Origin: an uncultured archaeon | GTDB lineage: Archaea > Thermoproteota > Nitrososphaeria > Nitrososphaerales > Gagatemarchaeaceae | Assembly (NCBI GenBank): GCA_963817525.1 | Contig: CAWFOU010000008.1 | Coordinates: forward strand, 32,001 to 96,000 | Reading direction: 5' to 3' | DNA: 64,000 nucleotides | Part shown: one piece after another, positions 9,705 to 19,131 of the stretch | How the letters are laid out: every line of letters begins with the position of its first letter | Numbering within the stretch: position 1 is the stretch's first letter | Position numbers and translations under genes: made by a program | The notes under the pieces: generated by a model | What the model saw: only the letters and a program-made list of their open reading frames with translations | Database searches by the model: none | What the model was told of the DNA's origin: nothing

Positions 9705-10481
9705 TTACTCCGAAGCGGGACGCCGGCGTTTGACGTCATGCTCCTGCTGCAGCTTGAGCATCTTCGAGACTATCTTTTCGTGCTTCTCTTCGTCCGCGTC
9801 TATCCACTGGAAGAGGAGCTGGGCGATGGGGTGGCCGATGTGGATGCTCCCGGCGAGGCTGGCCTCGTTGGCGGAGTCCTCCAGCTCAATCAGGCTCTGG
9901 AGTATCGCCTTGCCGGGCATCTCGATGTCCGTCTCCCTCCCCGACTCGAGCCAGGATATGACCTGAGAGACGACGTCCCCGTGCCTTATGCTGTCCGCGG
10001 CTATCATTCTCAGGAGCATCTTGGAGTAGTCGTCCGCGGTCTGGTTGGACAGCTCGAGGTACTTCTCCGCGGCGGTGAGCTCCAGCCTGAGCCTCTCCCT
10101 CAGGACCCTCAGGGCCTCGTCCCGCTCGGGCCTCTTCGGCCGCTCCTGCGCTACCATCCTACCCCGGTTCATCACCATCACCTGGCGGGCCGTCTCGACG
10201 AGCTCCGTGGTCTCTATCCCTCCCAGCCCGGAGCGCAGCCTCTTCACGAGCTTCTCGGCGAGGGGGTCTATGAGGCGGTCGATCGAGGCGAGGTCAGGGG
10301 TGCTCCCACCCCTCTTCCGCTTGAGGTATTGGGTCACCGCAGACTGGGTGACGTTGAGCGCCGCCGCGGCCTCCTTCGGCCTGAAGCCCTCCTTCACCAG
10401 GCGCTCCGCGAGCCTCGCGCGTATCATCGGGATGAGCCGCTCCTCGCTCTTAAAGTCGGGGGGAAGCCGCCCTGATGACAC
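9705..10481 (-). CDS. HTH transcriptional regulator fused to a ferritin/rubrerythrin-like domain
   Basis: N-terminal EAAAALNVTQSAVTQYL HTH; C-terminal four-helix pattern with E...DSIRH and E...DEEKH metal-ligand spacing. Confidence 0.65.
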   Translation of the reverse strand: MSSGRLPPDFKSEERLIPMIRARLAERLVKEGFRPKEAAAALNVTQSAVTQYLKRKRGGSTPDLASIDRLIDPLAEKLVKRLRSGLGGIETTELVETARQVMVMNRGRMVAQERPKRPERDEALRVLRERLRLELTAAEKYLELSNQTADDYSKMLLRMIAADSIRHGDVVSQVISWLESGRETDIEMPGKAILQSLIELEDSANEASLAGSIHIGHPIAQLLFQWIDADEEKHEKIVSKMLKLQQEHDVKRRRPASE

Positions 10482-10525
10482 GGAGGCCGAGCGGGGAGGA
10501 GGCGCTAAATCCTTTGTGCCGGGGT

Positions 10526-12322
10526 TTAGGCTGCCTCGCCCATCTCGTAGGCGTCGATGGTGTCGTTGATCAGGTCAGCGAGCACCACCATCTTCGCCTT
10601 CAGCGTGTCGAGCTTCACGTTCTCCTTCGCGTAGTCGAGGGGGAGCGCCATTATGGCCTTCAGCTCCGCGGAGGCCTTGTCGAGCTGGACTATCCTCTCC
10701 CGCGGCAGGAGCAGCTCCTCCTGGACCTTCTTCGCCTTGTAGATCAGCTGGTCGCCGTTGTTGATGAGCAGCGCCTCCTCCCTCCTCGCGCGGTCTATAC
10801 CGGAGAACGTCTTGCTCTCCTCGATGAGCCTCTTCCTCTCCTCCTCGGAGATCTTCATCCTCCCCGTGATGTTGACCCTCTGCTCGACGCCGCTCGCGAG
10901 CTCCTTAGCTGAGACGTGCATTATGCCGTTGGCGTCAATCTCGAACCCCACGACTATCTGCGTAGCCCCTCTCGGCCTCGGGGCGAAGCCCTCTAGGTCG
11001 AAGCGCCCTATCGAGACGCAGTCCACGGCCATCGTACGCTCCCCCTGGACGACGTGGATGTTCACCTCTGTCTGGTTGTCCTCGGAGGTGGTGAACGACT
11101 GCGTCTTTGAGACGGGTATCGGCGTGTTCCTGTAGATTATCTTCTGCACGGTCCCCGCGGCGTCCTCTATCCCCAAGGTGAGCGGGGTCACGTCGAGCAG
11201 CTTGTAGTTCAGCTTCCCCGCGAGGACCGCGCCCTGGTAGGCCGCCCCGATCGCGACACACTGCATCGGGTCCACGCCCTCTTCCGCGGGCTTCCCCATG
11301 TACTCCTCAACCACCCGCCTGACGAGGGGCATCTTGGTCTGCCCTCCGATGAGGATGAGCTTGTCGATGTCTTCCGGGCTGAGCCTTGAGTCGATGAGGA
11401 CGGTCCGGATGGTCGTGTTCACCCTCTTCACTATCGGCAGGGCGAGGTCCTCGAGCTCCGCCTGCGTCAGCTCGTACTTCAGGTGCTTGGGGACGCTCCC
11501 CACAGTCGCGAGGAACGGGACGCCCACCTCGACGGTGAGCTCGTTGGAGAGTTCTATCTTCGCCTTCTCGGCGGCCTCCTTGAGCCTGACCATCGCGGGG
11601 ACGTTCTCCCGGAGGTTGACTCCGTTCTCGTTGTAGAACTGGTTCGCCAGCCTCTGGACGATTGCGTTGTCTATGTCCGTACCTCCCGTCTGGGTGTCGC
11701 CGCTGGTGGCGAGGACCCTGTAGGTCTCGCCCTCTATCTCCATCGTGGTGACGTCGTGGGTGCCACCGCCGAAGCTGAACACCATGATCCTCATCTTGCC
11801 TTGCGTGCTCGAGGCGGCCCTGTCCAGGCCGTAGGCGAGGCACGCGGCGGTGGGTTCGTTGATTATCCTGATGACCTCGAGGCCTGCCATAGCCCCCGCC
11901 TCCATGGTGGCCTGCCTCTGGTTGTCGTTGAAGTGCGCCGGGACGGTGATGACGGCCTTCCTGACCGCCGCCCCTAGGTACGCCTCGGAGTCTGACTTTA
12001 TCTTGCGGAGGATGAACGATGAGATCTCCTCGGGGCTGTACTTCTTCCCGTTGACCTCGACCTTGTACTCCGTGCCCATCTTCCGCTTGATCTCGAGGAC
12101 CGTGCCGTGCGGGTTGAGAGACATCTGCCTCTTCGCCTTCTCGCCCACCACGACGGTGCCGTCGGGCATGAAGGCGACGACCGAGGGGAACATCTTCCCC
12201 TGGACGGCTTCGCCGTCCTGGCTAGGGACAGAGATCGCCCCCGACCCCTCGTAGACCGCGGCCGCGGAGTTGGTCGTCCCCAGGTCGATCCCGAGGATCT
12301 TCTCCGGGGCGGAGGATGCCAT
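10526..12322 (-). CDS. Hsp70/DnaK family chaperone (divergent, stand-alone)
   Basis: GIDLGTTNS, TVPAHFNDNQRQAT, RIINEPTAA, LLDVTPLTLGIE; no adjacent grpE or dnaJ; ATG 12322. Confidence 0.9.
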   Translation of the reverse strand: MASSAPEKILGIDLGTTNSAAAVYEGSGAISVPSQDGEAVQGKMFPSVVAFMPDGTVVVGEKAKRQMSLNPHGTVLEIKRKMGTEYKVEVNGKKYSPEEISSFILRKIKSDSEAYLGAAVRKAVITVPAHFNDNQRQATMEAGAMAGLEVIRIINEPTAACLAYGLDRAASSTQGKMRIMVFSFGGGTHDVTTMEIEGETYRVLATSGDTQTGGTDIDNAIVQRLANQFYNENGVNLRENVPAMVRLKEAAEKAKIELSNELTVEVGVPFLATVGSVPKHLKYELTQAELEDLALPIVKRVNTTIRTVLIDSRLSPEDIDKLILIGGQTKMPLVRRVVEEYMGKPAEEGVDPMQCVAIGAAYQGAVLAGKLNYKLLDVTPLTLGIEDAAGTVQKIIYRNTPIPVSKTQSFTTSEDNQTEVNIHVVQGERTMAVDCVSIGRFDLEGFAPRPRGATQIVVGFEIDANGIMHVSAKELASGVEQRVNITGRMKISEEERKRLIEESKTFSGIDRARREEALLINNGDQLIYKAKKVQEELLLPRERIVQLDKASAELKAIMALPLDYAKENVKLDTLKAKMVVLADLINDTIDAYEMGEAA

Positions 12323-12422
12323 CAGAATTTTTTGGCGAGTTTGGGGTCTATAAGACTTCGTCAACACGAAACGATTCTCTCGTCAGGAATGCGGCACGAG
12401 ACGAATCGGTTCGCGCGCCGCT

Positions 12423-13520
12423 CTAGCTCGACGTCGAGCTCCTCAAGGCTTGGCCGAAGGACTCGACGAAGAACTTCGCTTGCTTCTCGGTGAGGTTCCC
12501 AAAGTGACCCACCCTGAGCATCTTGGTGTTGTTCTCCCCCAGACCCCTCGCGACGTCTATCCCGTATTGCTCGCGGAGGTTCTTCTGGATGGTGGGGGCC
12601 GCACCTGGGGCGGTCCAGATGCCCGTGACGGTGTCAGCCCGGTATCCCTCCTCGACCACGAGCTTGCTCTTCGTGGCCTCCACCCCATCCCTGATCGTCT
12701 TGGCGTTGCTCTTGTGCCTCTTCCACCTCTCGTCGAGCCCCTCCTCCTCAACCTCTTTGAGGGCCTGGTTGAGGGCTTGCATGAGCTGCACGGCCGGGGT
12801 CGCAAAGTATGAGCGGGGGTCGTCCATCACCCCCTTCCACCTCAGGAGGTTCGCATAGTAGGTCCTGACCCTGTCCTTCTTCGCCTCGAGCTGCGCCCAG
12901 AACCCCTGCGACACCGCTATCAGGACGGCTCCAGGCGGCGCGGCGAGCGCCTTCTGGGAGCCTGCGAAGGCCAAGTCCGCCCCTATCTTGTCAAAGTCGA
13001 GCTCGATCCCGCCGACCGAGCAGACGCCGTCGACGATCGCCAGGACGCCTGCCTCCTTCGCCTCCTTCACGATCTCGGCTATGGGGTTGCAAACGGTCGT
13101 CCCCGTGTCGACGTGGGTCACGTAGAGGGCCTTGAATCGCCCGCCCGCGAGCTTCTTCCTCACCGCGTCGGGGTCGGCATGGAGCCCGAAGCCGGTCCCG
13201 AGCTCCTCCACCTCCGCGCCGTAGCACCTGTTGATGTCCACCATCCGCTGGCCGAAGTATCCCGTGTTGAGCGCGAGGACTCTGTCTCCGGGCTGGACCG
13301 TGGCTGCCACCGCCGCTTCCATCCCCACGGTCCCCGTCCCCGTGAAGACGAACTGGTAGCCTTTTTCGTTCTTGAACACCTTCCTAGCGAGCTGGACGGT
13401 CTCGGAGAAGTTCTTGGCGAATTCCGGGTCGGTGTGCCCCAGCTGAGGCTGGGACAGGACCTCACGGACGCGGGTCGAGAGGTTGGTTGGGCCCGGCACC
13501 ATCAGGAGTCTTTCTTCCAT
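12423..13520 (-). CDS. Class V PLP aminotransferase (alanine-glyoxylate/serine-pyruvate type)
   Basis: LLMVPGPT, GTGTVGMEAA, IVDGVCS, GSQKALAAPPG (PLP Lys), LRVGHFG. Confidence 0.9.
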   Translation of the reverse strand: MEERLLMVPGPTNLSTRVREVLSQPQLGHTDPEFAKNFSETVQLARKVFKNEKGYQFVFTGTGTVGMEAAVAATVQPGDRVLALNTGYFGQRMVDINRCYGAEVEELGTGFGLHADPDAVRKKLAGGRFKALYVTHVDTGTTVCNPIAEIVKEAKEAGVLAIVDGVCSVGGIELDFDKIGADLAFAGSQKALAAPPGAVLIAVSQGFWAQLEAKKDRVRTYYANLLRWKGVMDDPRSYFATPAVQLMQALNQALKEVEEEGLDERWKRHKSNAKTIRDGVEATKSKLVVEEGYRADTVTGIWTAPGAAPTIQKNLREQYGIDVARGLGENNTKMLRVGHFGNLTEKQAKFFVESFGQALRSSTSS

Positions 13521-13596
13521 CGCGTCGGCCGCCGTCAAGGCGATTCTTAAGCCCACGTCCGGTGGCTGGCACACGCCTGGGCGATGCCAGAGGGTG

Positions 13597-14856
13597 CTAG
13601 GGGTTCCGCGTGCGGGGAGGCTCTTGCGGCTCCACGACCAACCATGCAGGTTTCAACGTCCGATGGGTGCTGATGCAATCGAAGCAGAAGGGAATCCAAC
13701 CGGCCTTCGTGGTCTGCATGGCCGCGCTCACTACTTTTGATTCGTCGAGCATCATCGGCGGCTCGTGGATCCTGATCTCGTTCCGCACCTGCTTTCCGCA
13801 TCGGACGCAGTTGTAGTTTGCCGGGGTGATCTGCCACGCCGGTCCCAGCGCGCCCAGCGCGGTGGACGCCATCTGGCTCGTCCTCTCTGTCTCCTGCTCC
13901 AGCAACGACGCCGAGTCCCACAAGCTCTCGAAGAGCAGGAGGTTGGCGCGTGTGGTGACTGGGTTGGTCGAGTACACCGCTGATCTTACCGCCTCCAGGA
14001 AGTCATCCTGGGAGTCGTCCTTCTTCTCTATCAGAAGCGAGCTCTTGCGGTCTACGACAAGGATGGTTACGGCCTGCTCCTCTCCCCTCGGCGAGATGCG
14101 CTGAAACCTGATCGGGGATTTTCTTTGTCCCGTCGCCGACATGCCCGCCAGCATGTCCTCCACTCTCAAGTCCATCGGCGTGAGCAGCCGGACCTTCAGA
14201 CCACGGTTCGTCGCGCCTTCCTCCAACGCGCTGATCATCCCCATCCTTTCCGCGCGGAGGAGCGAGTTGGCGCTCGCGACGAAAAGGAGGGCTTCTTCCC
14301 TTGCCTGATCGATGAGTTCGAACGCCCTGTTTCGGATCTTTACGGGATCGTAGATCAGTTCAGTCTGACTCGGGATCACGCCCAACTCTATCTCGGCGAT
14401 CCTCTGCTCCGCCGGCACACCGCGCTCCCAGAGCACATCGAAGAGCGCTTGATGATGTTTGACCACATTCTCCTCGTTGCTGTAAAGAAGCTTCCCGCCC
14501 GGGTTGAACTCCTGTGTACCCAGCGTCGCCAGATATTCGCTGTCGTTGACCGCGAAGTTCCCGCCAATTCCGTAGACGTGGCGGATCTGGACGCCATCCT
14601 TCGAAGAGGCCTTGAGATACTCAAGGTTATCCTTGTCTATCTCTGTGACCAGTCGTAGCTTTCCGCCTCTGGCGGCTATCCCATAGTAGAGCTCGTTGAT
14701 CCTCAAGTTGATCTCGCGCGGCGGTATCGCGACGGCGCAAATGTCCATCCGGCTATTCGCATTCCTGAAGAAATCGTACACAGCCTCCAAGACGTTTTCT
14801 GTGCCGTAGATCACCTCGGTCCTGTCGTCCGTGGGTTCAGGCGCTGATGACGACAA
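13597..14856 (-). CDS. Tandem TrmB/PLD-like sensor-domain protein with C-terminal Zn-ribbon
   Basis: TEVIYGTENV...LRLVTEIDKDN...NFAVNDSEYL...FDVLW repeat pattern resembling N-termini of thaumarchaeal sensor kinases; ends in CVRC...CFDC; no HisKA domain seen. Confidence 0.55.
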   Translation of the reverse strand: MSSSAPEPTDDRTEVIYGTENVLEAVYDFFRNANSRMDICAVAIPPREINLRINELYYGIAARGGKLRLVTEIDKDNLEYLKASSKDGVQIRHVYGIGGNFAVNDSEYLATLGTQEFNPGGKLLYSNEENVVKHHQALFDVLWERGVPAEQRIAEIELGVIPSQTELIYDPVKIRNRAFELIDQAREEALLFVASANSLLRAERMGMISALEEGATNRGLKVRLLTPMDLRVEDMLAGMSATGQRKSPIRFQRISPRGEEQAVTILVVDRKSSLLIEKKDDSQDDFLEAVRSAVYSTNPVTTRANLLLFESLWDSASLLEQETERTSQMASTALGALGPAWQITPANYNCVRCGKQVRNEIRIHEPPMMLDESKVVSAAMQTTKAGWIPFCFDCISTHRTLKPAWLVVEPQEPPRTRNP

Positions 14857-14932
14857 AAAAGCCCCGGCACTCCTTCGCGGCGCGGATTTATTTGAGTGTT
14901 CTCTAACAAAGTTCGTAGCGCGGCAGGGCGTC

Positions 14933-17059
14933 TCAGGCGGGTTGACGAGAGGGTGGGGAGACCTCCTCGACAGCGTGCAGCGGATGGACGACCTTCAGGC
15001 CCAGGCCGTCGGAGATCTGCATCGAGCAGACGCTGCTCTCGGTTGCCACCAGCTTGCGCCCGCTCTCCCTGAAGAGGCGGAAGAGGTGGTCCCCGACCTG
15101 CATCGAGAGGTTGTATCCCAGGTCGCCGTGCTTCATCCCGAAGGTCCCCGCCATCCCGCAGCAGGTGCCGTTCTCGACTACCTGGACCTTGTAGCCCGCA
15201 GCGATGAGGAAGTCGATGGCCGGCCTCCCTCCCGACACCGACCGCTCGTGGCAGGGGATGTGGAAGCCTATGGCTTCCTCCGTGGGATACGCTGGCTTCA
15301 GCTGGAGGCTGGCGAGCCTGGGCTGCACGAACCCGAAGAACGGGAAGCTCATCTCGCGCGACCTCTCCGCGAGCTCGCCGGGGACGAGTGTGGGGTAGAC
15401 CTCCCTCAGCATGTAGACCGCCGTCGGCTCAGTGGAGACCACGGAGTACCCTTGGTCGAGGTACTTTCTCAGGGAGTCCAGGTTGCTCTTGGCGACTGAC
15501 GTGGCCTTGGAGAGGTTCCCGTAGGAGATGTAAGGCATCCCGCTCCACTTTAGGTTCGGGACCTCCACCTTGTAGCCCAGCGCGACGAGCATCCTCACCG
15601 CCCTGACCCCGAGCTGCGGGTCGTTGTAGTCGGCGTAGACGTCGGGGAAGAAGACCACCTTCCCAGCTTCCCCGGTCCCGTTGCCGAGGGGCTTGAGCCT
15701 CGCCCTGAGCCTCTTCCTCGAGAAGGCTGGCAGCGTCCGCCTCTTGTCCACGCCGACCAGCGACTCCATCACGGCCCTGGTCGCCCCCCGTCGCAGGAGC
15801 CAGTTCGAGGCGGGGGCGGTCGCGCTCGCGACCTTGGCCAGGGTCTCCGAGGCCATGAAGAAGTCGTTGACGAGGAGCTGGCCGTTCTCGTCGACGTCCT
15901 CCTCCTTCACCTTGGCGATCATCATGGGGATGTTGATGTCGACGGGGCAGATCTCCTTGCAGAGCCCGCACGAGACGCAAAGGTGCGCGAACGCGGCCTT
16001 GTCCAGCCCGTGCACCTCGGCCGTCCAGGGGATCCCGATGGGGCCCGGGTAGATGTACCCGAAGGTGTGGCCTCCCGCGATTCCGTAGGTGGGGCAGACG
16101 TTCATGCACGCCCCGCACCTGATGCAGTTCAGGGCCTCGGAGAACCAGGGGTCGTCCCTCATCGCCGACCTGCCGTTGTCCAGGATGATTACGTGGTACT
16201 CCCTCCCCTCAGTGGAGCCCGCGAGGGGGCCGTGCTGGGTGATCACCGAGACGTAGACCGTCATGTTCTGGCCGGTGGCGCTCGCGCTATGCCCCTTCAC
16301 GAGGTAGGCGGCGTCGGTCCACTTGGGGACTATCTTCTCCATCCCGATTAACACCAGGTGGATCTTCGGGAGGCTGGTGACCAGCCTGCCGTTGCCCTCG
16401 TTCGTCTCTATCACTATCGAACCCGTCTCGGCCACCCCGATGTTGGCCCCGGAGACCCCGATGTCGGCCGTGAGGAAGAGCTGGCGCAGGTAGGCCCTCA
16501 CGGCCTCCAGGATGGGCTGGTCCTCGGGAGGTATCTCCCTGCCGACGGCCTTTGAGACGAGCTCGGCGATCTCCTTCACCGACTTGTGCGCCGCCGGCAT
16601 CACGAGGTGCACCGGGGTCTCCCCCGCGACTTGGATGATCAGCTCCCCGAGGTCGGTCTCGACCGACCGTATCCCGACCTTGTCCAGCTCGTGGGTGAAC
16701 TCTATCTCGTCCGACGTGAGGGACTTGGCCTTTACTATCAGCTTCGCGTCGACCCTCTTGGAGAGCTCCTCGACGTAGCGCATAGCGTCGGCACCGGTCT
16801 TGGCGAGGAAGACCTGTCCGCCGTTCTTCCGGACGTTCTCGGCGAACTCCTCGACGAGCCGCGGGTTCGCGACCGCTCTAGTCTTCAGGGCCTTGTTCGA
16901 CTCCTTGATGGCGTGGATGTCGAGCTGCTTCTCCTTGGCGAGGAGGGCCGCCCTGTTTGCCCTGGCCTTTGTCATCGAGTTCCAGAACTTCTCCGAGGAC
17001 TCCTTGTCGTTGAGCGAGCGCTTGAGCTTGTCAAGCAGCGCCTGCCTGCTGCTGGTCAT
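14933..17059 (-). CDS. LutB/LldF-type LUD-domain Fe-S protein fused to GlpC-like CCG domains
   Basis: ETDLGELIIQ, PVHLVMPAAH, TNEGNG, CIRCGACMNVCP, CVSCGLCKEICP, CCGMAGTFG. Confidence 0.85.
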   Translation of the reverse strand: MTSSRQALLDKLKRSLNDKESSEKFWNSMTKARANRAALLAKEKQLDIHAIKESNKALKTRAVANPRLVEEFAENVRKNGGQVFLAKTGADAMRYVEELSKRVDAKLIVKAKSLTSDEIEFTHELDKVGIRSVETDLGELIIQVAGETPVHLVMPAAHKSVKEIAELVSKAVGREIPPEDQPILEAVRAYLRQLFLTADIGVSGANIGVAETGSIVIETNEGNGRLVTSLPKIHLVLIGMEKIVPKWTDAAYLVKGHSASATGQNMTVYVSVITQHGPLAGSTEGREYHVIILDNGRSAMRDDPWFSEALNCIRCGACMNVCPTYGIAGGHTFGYIYPGPIGIPWTAEVHGLDKAAFAHLCVSCGLCKEICPVDINIPMMIAKVKEEDVDENGQLLVNDFFMASETLAKVASATAPASNWLLRRGATRAVMESLVGVDKRRTLPAFSRKRLRARLKPLGNGTGEAGKVVFFPDVYADYNDPQLGVRAVRMLVALGYKVEVPNLKWSGMPYISYGNLSKATSVAKSNLDSLRKYLDQGYSVVSTEPTAVYMLREVYPTLVPGELAERSREMSFPFFGFVQPRLASLQLKPAYPTEEAIGFHIPCHERSVSGGRPAIDFLIAAGYKVQVVENGTCCGMAGTFGMKHGDLGYNLSMQVGDHLFRLFRESGRKLVATESSVCSMQISDGLGLKVVHPLHAVEEVSPPSRQPA

Positions 17060-17685
17060 CTCCCCCCTGCCCCCCCTTGCCAGTCGAGGATGATGGCGTG
17101 GATCGTGTGAGGCCCGTGCACACCGTAGAGGAGCCTCATCTCGATGTCCCCAGTCTTGCTCGGGCCTGAGATGAAGGAGACGATGGGCTTCCTGGAGCCG
17201 GGCGACGCCTTGACCAGCTCCCCGACCATTGGGAGCGCCTCGGCGAGGTCTCGGAGGATGCTGGAGCGCTCCAGCAGCGCGACGTGGATTATCGGGAGCG
17301 AGGAGGCGAGCTTTGCCGAGTCATCGTAGACCACCTCGAGCATGGCCCCCTCGAGCGCCACCCCGTTGACGGCCCACGTCACCCCGGCGTCAGCGGCGGC
17401 GAGCACCCCGACCGCCTCGCTGGGCCGCCCGTTCTGGAGGTCTTCGACGTAGTCCGCCTTCAGGCCGGTGAGCGCGGCGCCGACCGCCTCGGCGTATTGG
17501 GGTGGCACCCCCGCCACCACGACGGACTTGCAGCCCGCCTTTGACAGGATGGTGCGCAGCGCCTCGGCGGTCTCGGCCTCGTCCTTGGCCATGTGGGGCT
17601 CGACGTGAAGGTCCCGCAGAGAGCTAAGAAACTTCTGGACGACCTCGGCCGCGGGTCCGCTCTGCGCCCCGGTTGGTCTCTCCAT
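17056..17685 (-). CDS. LutC/YkgG LUD-domain protein
   Basis: ISGPSKTGDIEMRLLYGVHGP signature; ATGA overlap with the downstream LutB-like gene. Confidence 0.88.
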   Translation of the reverse strand: MERPTGAQSGPAAEVVQKFLSSLRDLHVEPHMAKDEAETAEALRTILSKAGCKSVVVAGVPPQYAEAVGAALTGLKADYVEDLQNGRPSEAVGVLAAADAGVTWAVNGVALEGAMLEVVYDDSAKLASSLPIIHVALLERSSILRDLAEALPMVGELVKASPGSRKPIVSFISGPSKTGDIEMRLLYGVHGPHTIHAIILDWQGGAGGR

Positions 17686-17851
17686 TTGTTGGCGCACTCG
17701 CCGGCGCGCGGCGCTTTAAATGCGCCGCGGTCGAGCTTTCGGCAGGTGTCGTCCGGGCGTTTGAGGCTTCGTCGCAATATTCATAAACGCCGTGAAACGA
17801 CCGAATATTCTCGTGAGCAAGAGACTAAACACTCAGAAGTACGCTGTGAGC

Positions 17852-18283
17852 ATGCCGGAATTATGGAACAACTCTGAGATGCTCATGAGCGAGGTTCCCG
17901 CGCTCCTAAAGGCCGCGGAGAACACCTCCTATGAGGGAAGGACGTTCACCTACGCGAGGGGAGGCCCCGGTGGGGTGCTCGCCTTCAGGGAGGCCTCGGA
18001 AAAGTCTTGGATAGCGCTATCACAGGTGACCGACATCCTGGTCGAGAAGCTCCTTCACAAGGTCCCGAAGGGATCCTACGAGCGCAGGCTGGCCCTCAGG
18101 GAGATAGAGGCAAAGTGGCCAGAGGTCGCCTCGAACCGCTTCTACGACCGGTACGCGGCGCTGACCAGCTACCTGAGGAACAACCAGGTCTACCTGACCG
18201 CGCTCGACCTCGAGATGTTGAGGTTCGAGGTCGGCAGGCTCAACGTCTACATCACCGACGTCAAGGGCGTCATCTCAAAGTAA
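17852..18283 (+). CDS. Hypothetical protein, possibly PaREP1/HEPN-like
   Basis: All-helical 143 aa with REASEKSW resembling the PaREP1 ASEKAW motif; host-like codon usage. Confidence 0.4.
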   Translation: MPELWNNSEMLMSEVPALLKAAENTSYEGRTFTYARGGPGGVLAFREASEKSWIALSQVTDILVEKLLHKVPKGSYERRLALREIEAKWPEVASNRFYDRYAALTSYLRNNQVYLTALDLEMLRFEVGRLNVYITDVKGVISK

Positions 18284-18409
18284 CACGAGCGTCGCGACCT
18301 GAGCGGGATGGTATTTTTCGAGCCAGCGAGAGCTAGGGTAGATGGCGAACCCCCGTCACGCGATGCAGAACCTCCGCTAGGATTAGGTGCTATAGTTCTC
18401 TAGATTTCC

Positions 18410-19093
18410 TTAGACGGTCAGCGAAGGCTTTTCCTTCTTCGCCTTGTTCCAGTCGTCGAGGAAGCGCTTGAGGCCGATGTCGGTCAGCGGGTGCAGGAAC
18501 ATCTTCTCCATGACGTCAGCAGGCATCGTGCCGATGTCAGCCCCCAGCTTGGCGGCCTCGAGCACGTGGATCGGGTGTCTGATGCTGGCCACTAGGATCT
18601 CGGTCTTGAACTTGTACGTCGGGCTGTTCTTTATCTCGACGAGGTCACTGATCAAGGCCATACCGTCTTGGCCGATGTCGTCCAGCCTGCCGATGAACGG
18701 GCTGATGTAGGACGCTCCGGCCTTCATGGCGATTAGCCCCTGGACGGCTGAGAAGATCAGCGTCACGTTGATCGGTATTCCCAGCGAGCTGAGGGTCTTC
18801 GTCGCCTTCATCCCCTCGGGGATCATCGGGATCTTTACGACCACGTTCTCCGCCCAGGACTTGTTGCGCTTGCCCTCCGCCACCATTCCATCGTAGTCGG
18901 TGGAGATGACCTCGGCGCTCACCGGGTGGGGGTAGACCTCCTTGGCGATGGCCTTGATGGTCTCCTCGAAGTCGGCGCCTTCCTTGACGATCAGCGAGGG
19001 GTTGGTCGTGATGCCGTCGACGAGGCCCATCGCGTTGTACTTCTTGATCGAAGCAAGGTTCGCAGTGTCGAGATAGAACTTCAATTCGAGCAC
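18410..19093 (-). CDS. tal: Transaldolase / fructose-6-phosphate aldolase family
   Basis: FYLDTAN, GITTNPSL, VVKIP (Schiff-base Lys), NVTLIFS, ISPFIGRLDD. Confidence 0.92.
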   Translation of the reverse strand: MLELKFYLDTANLASIKKYNAMGLVDGITTNPSLIVKEGADFEETIKAIAKEVYPHPVSAEVISTDYDGMVAEGKRNKSWAENVVVKIPMIPEGMKATKTLSSLGIPINVTLIFSAVQGLIAMKAGASYISPFIGRLDDIGQDGMALISDLVEIKNSPTYKFKTEILVASIRHPIHVLEAAKLGADIGTMPADVMEKMFLHPLTDIGLKRFLDDWNKAKKEKPSLTV

Positions 19094-19131
19094 ACTTCCC
19101 AGATTTTTCTAATAAAGCTATCGGCGTTCGG

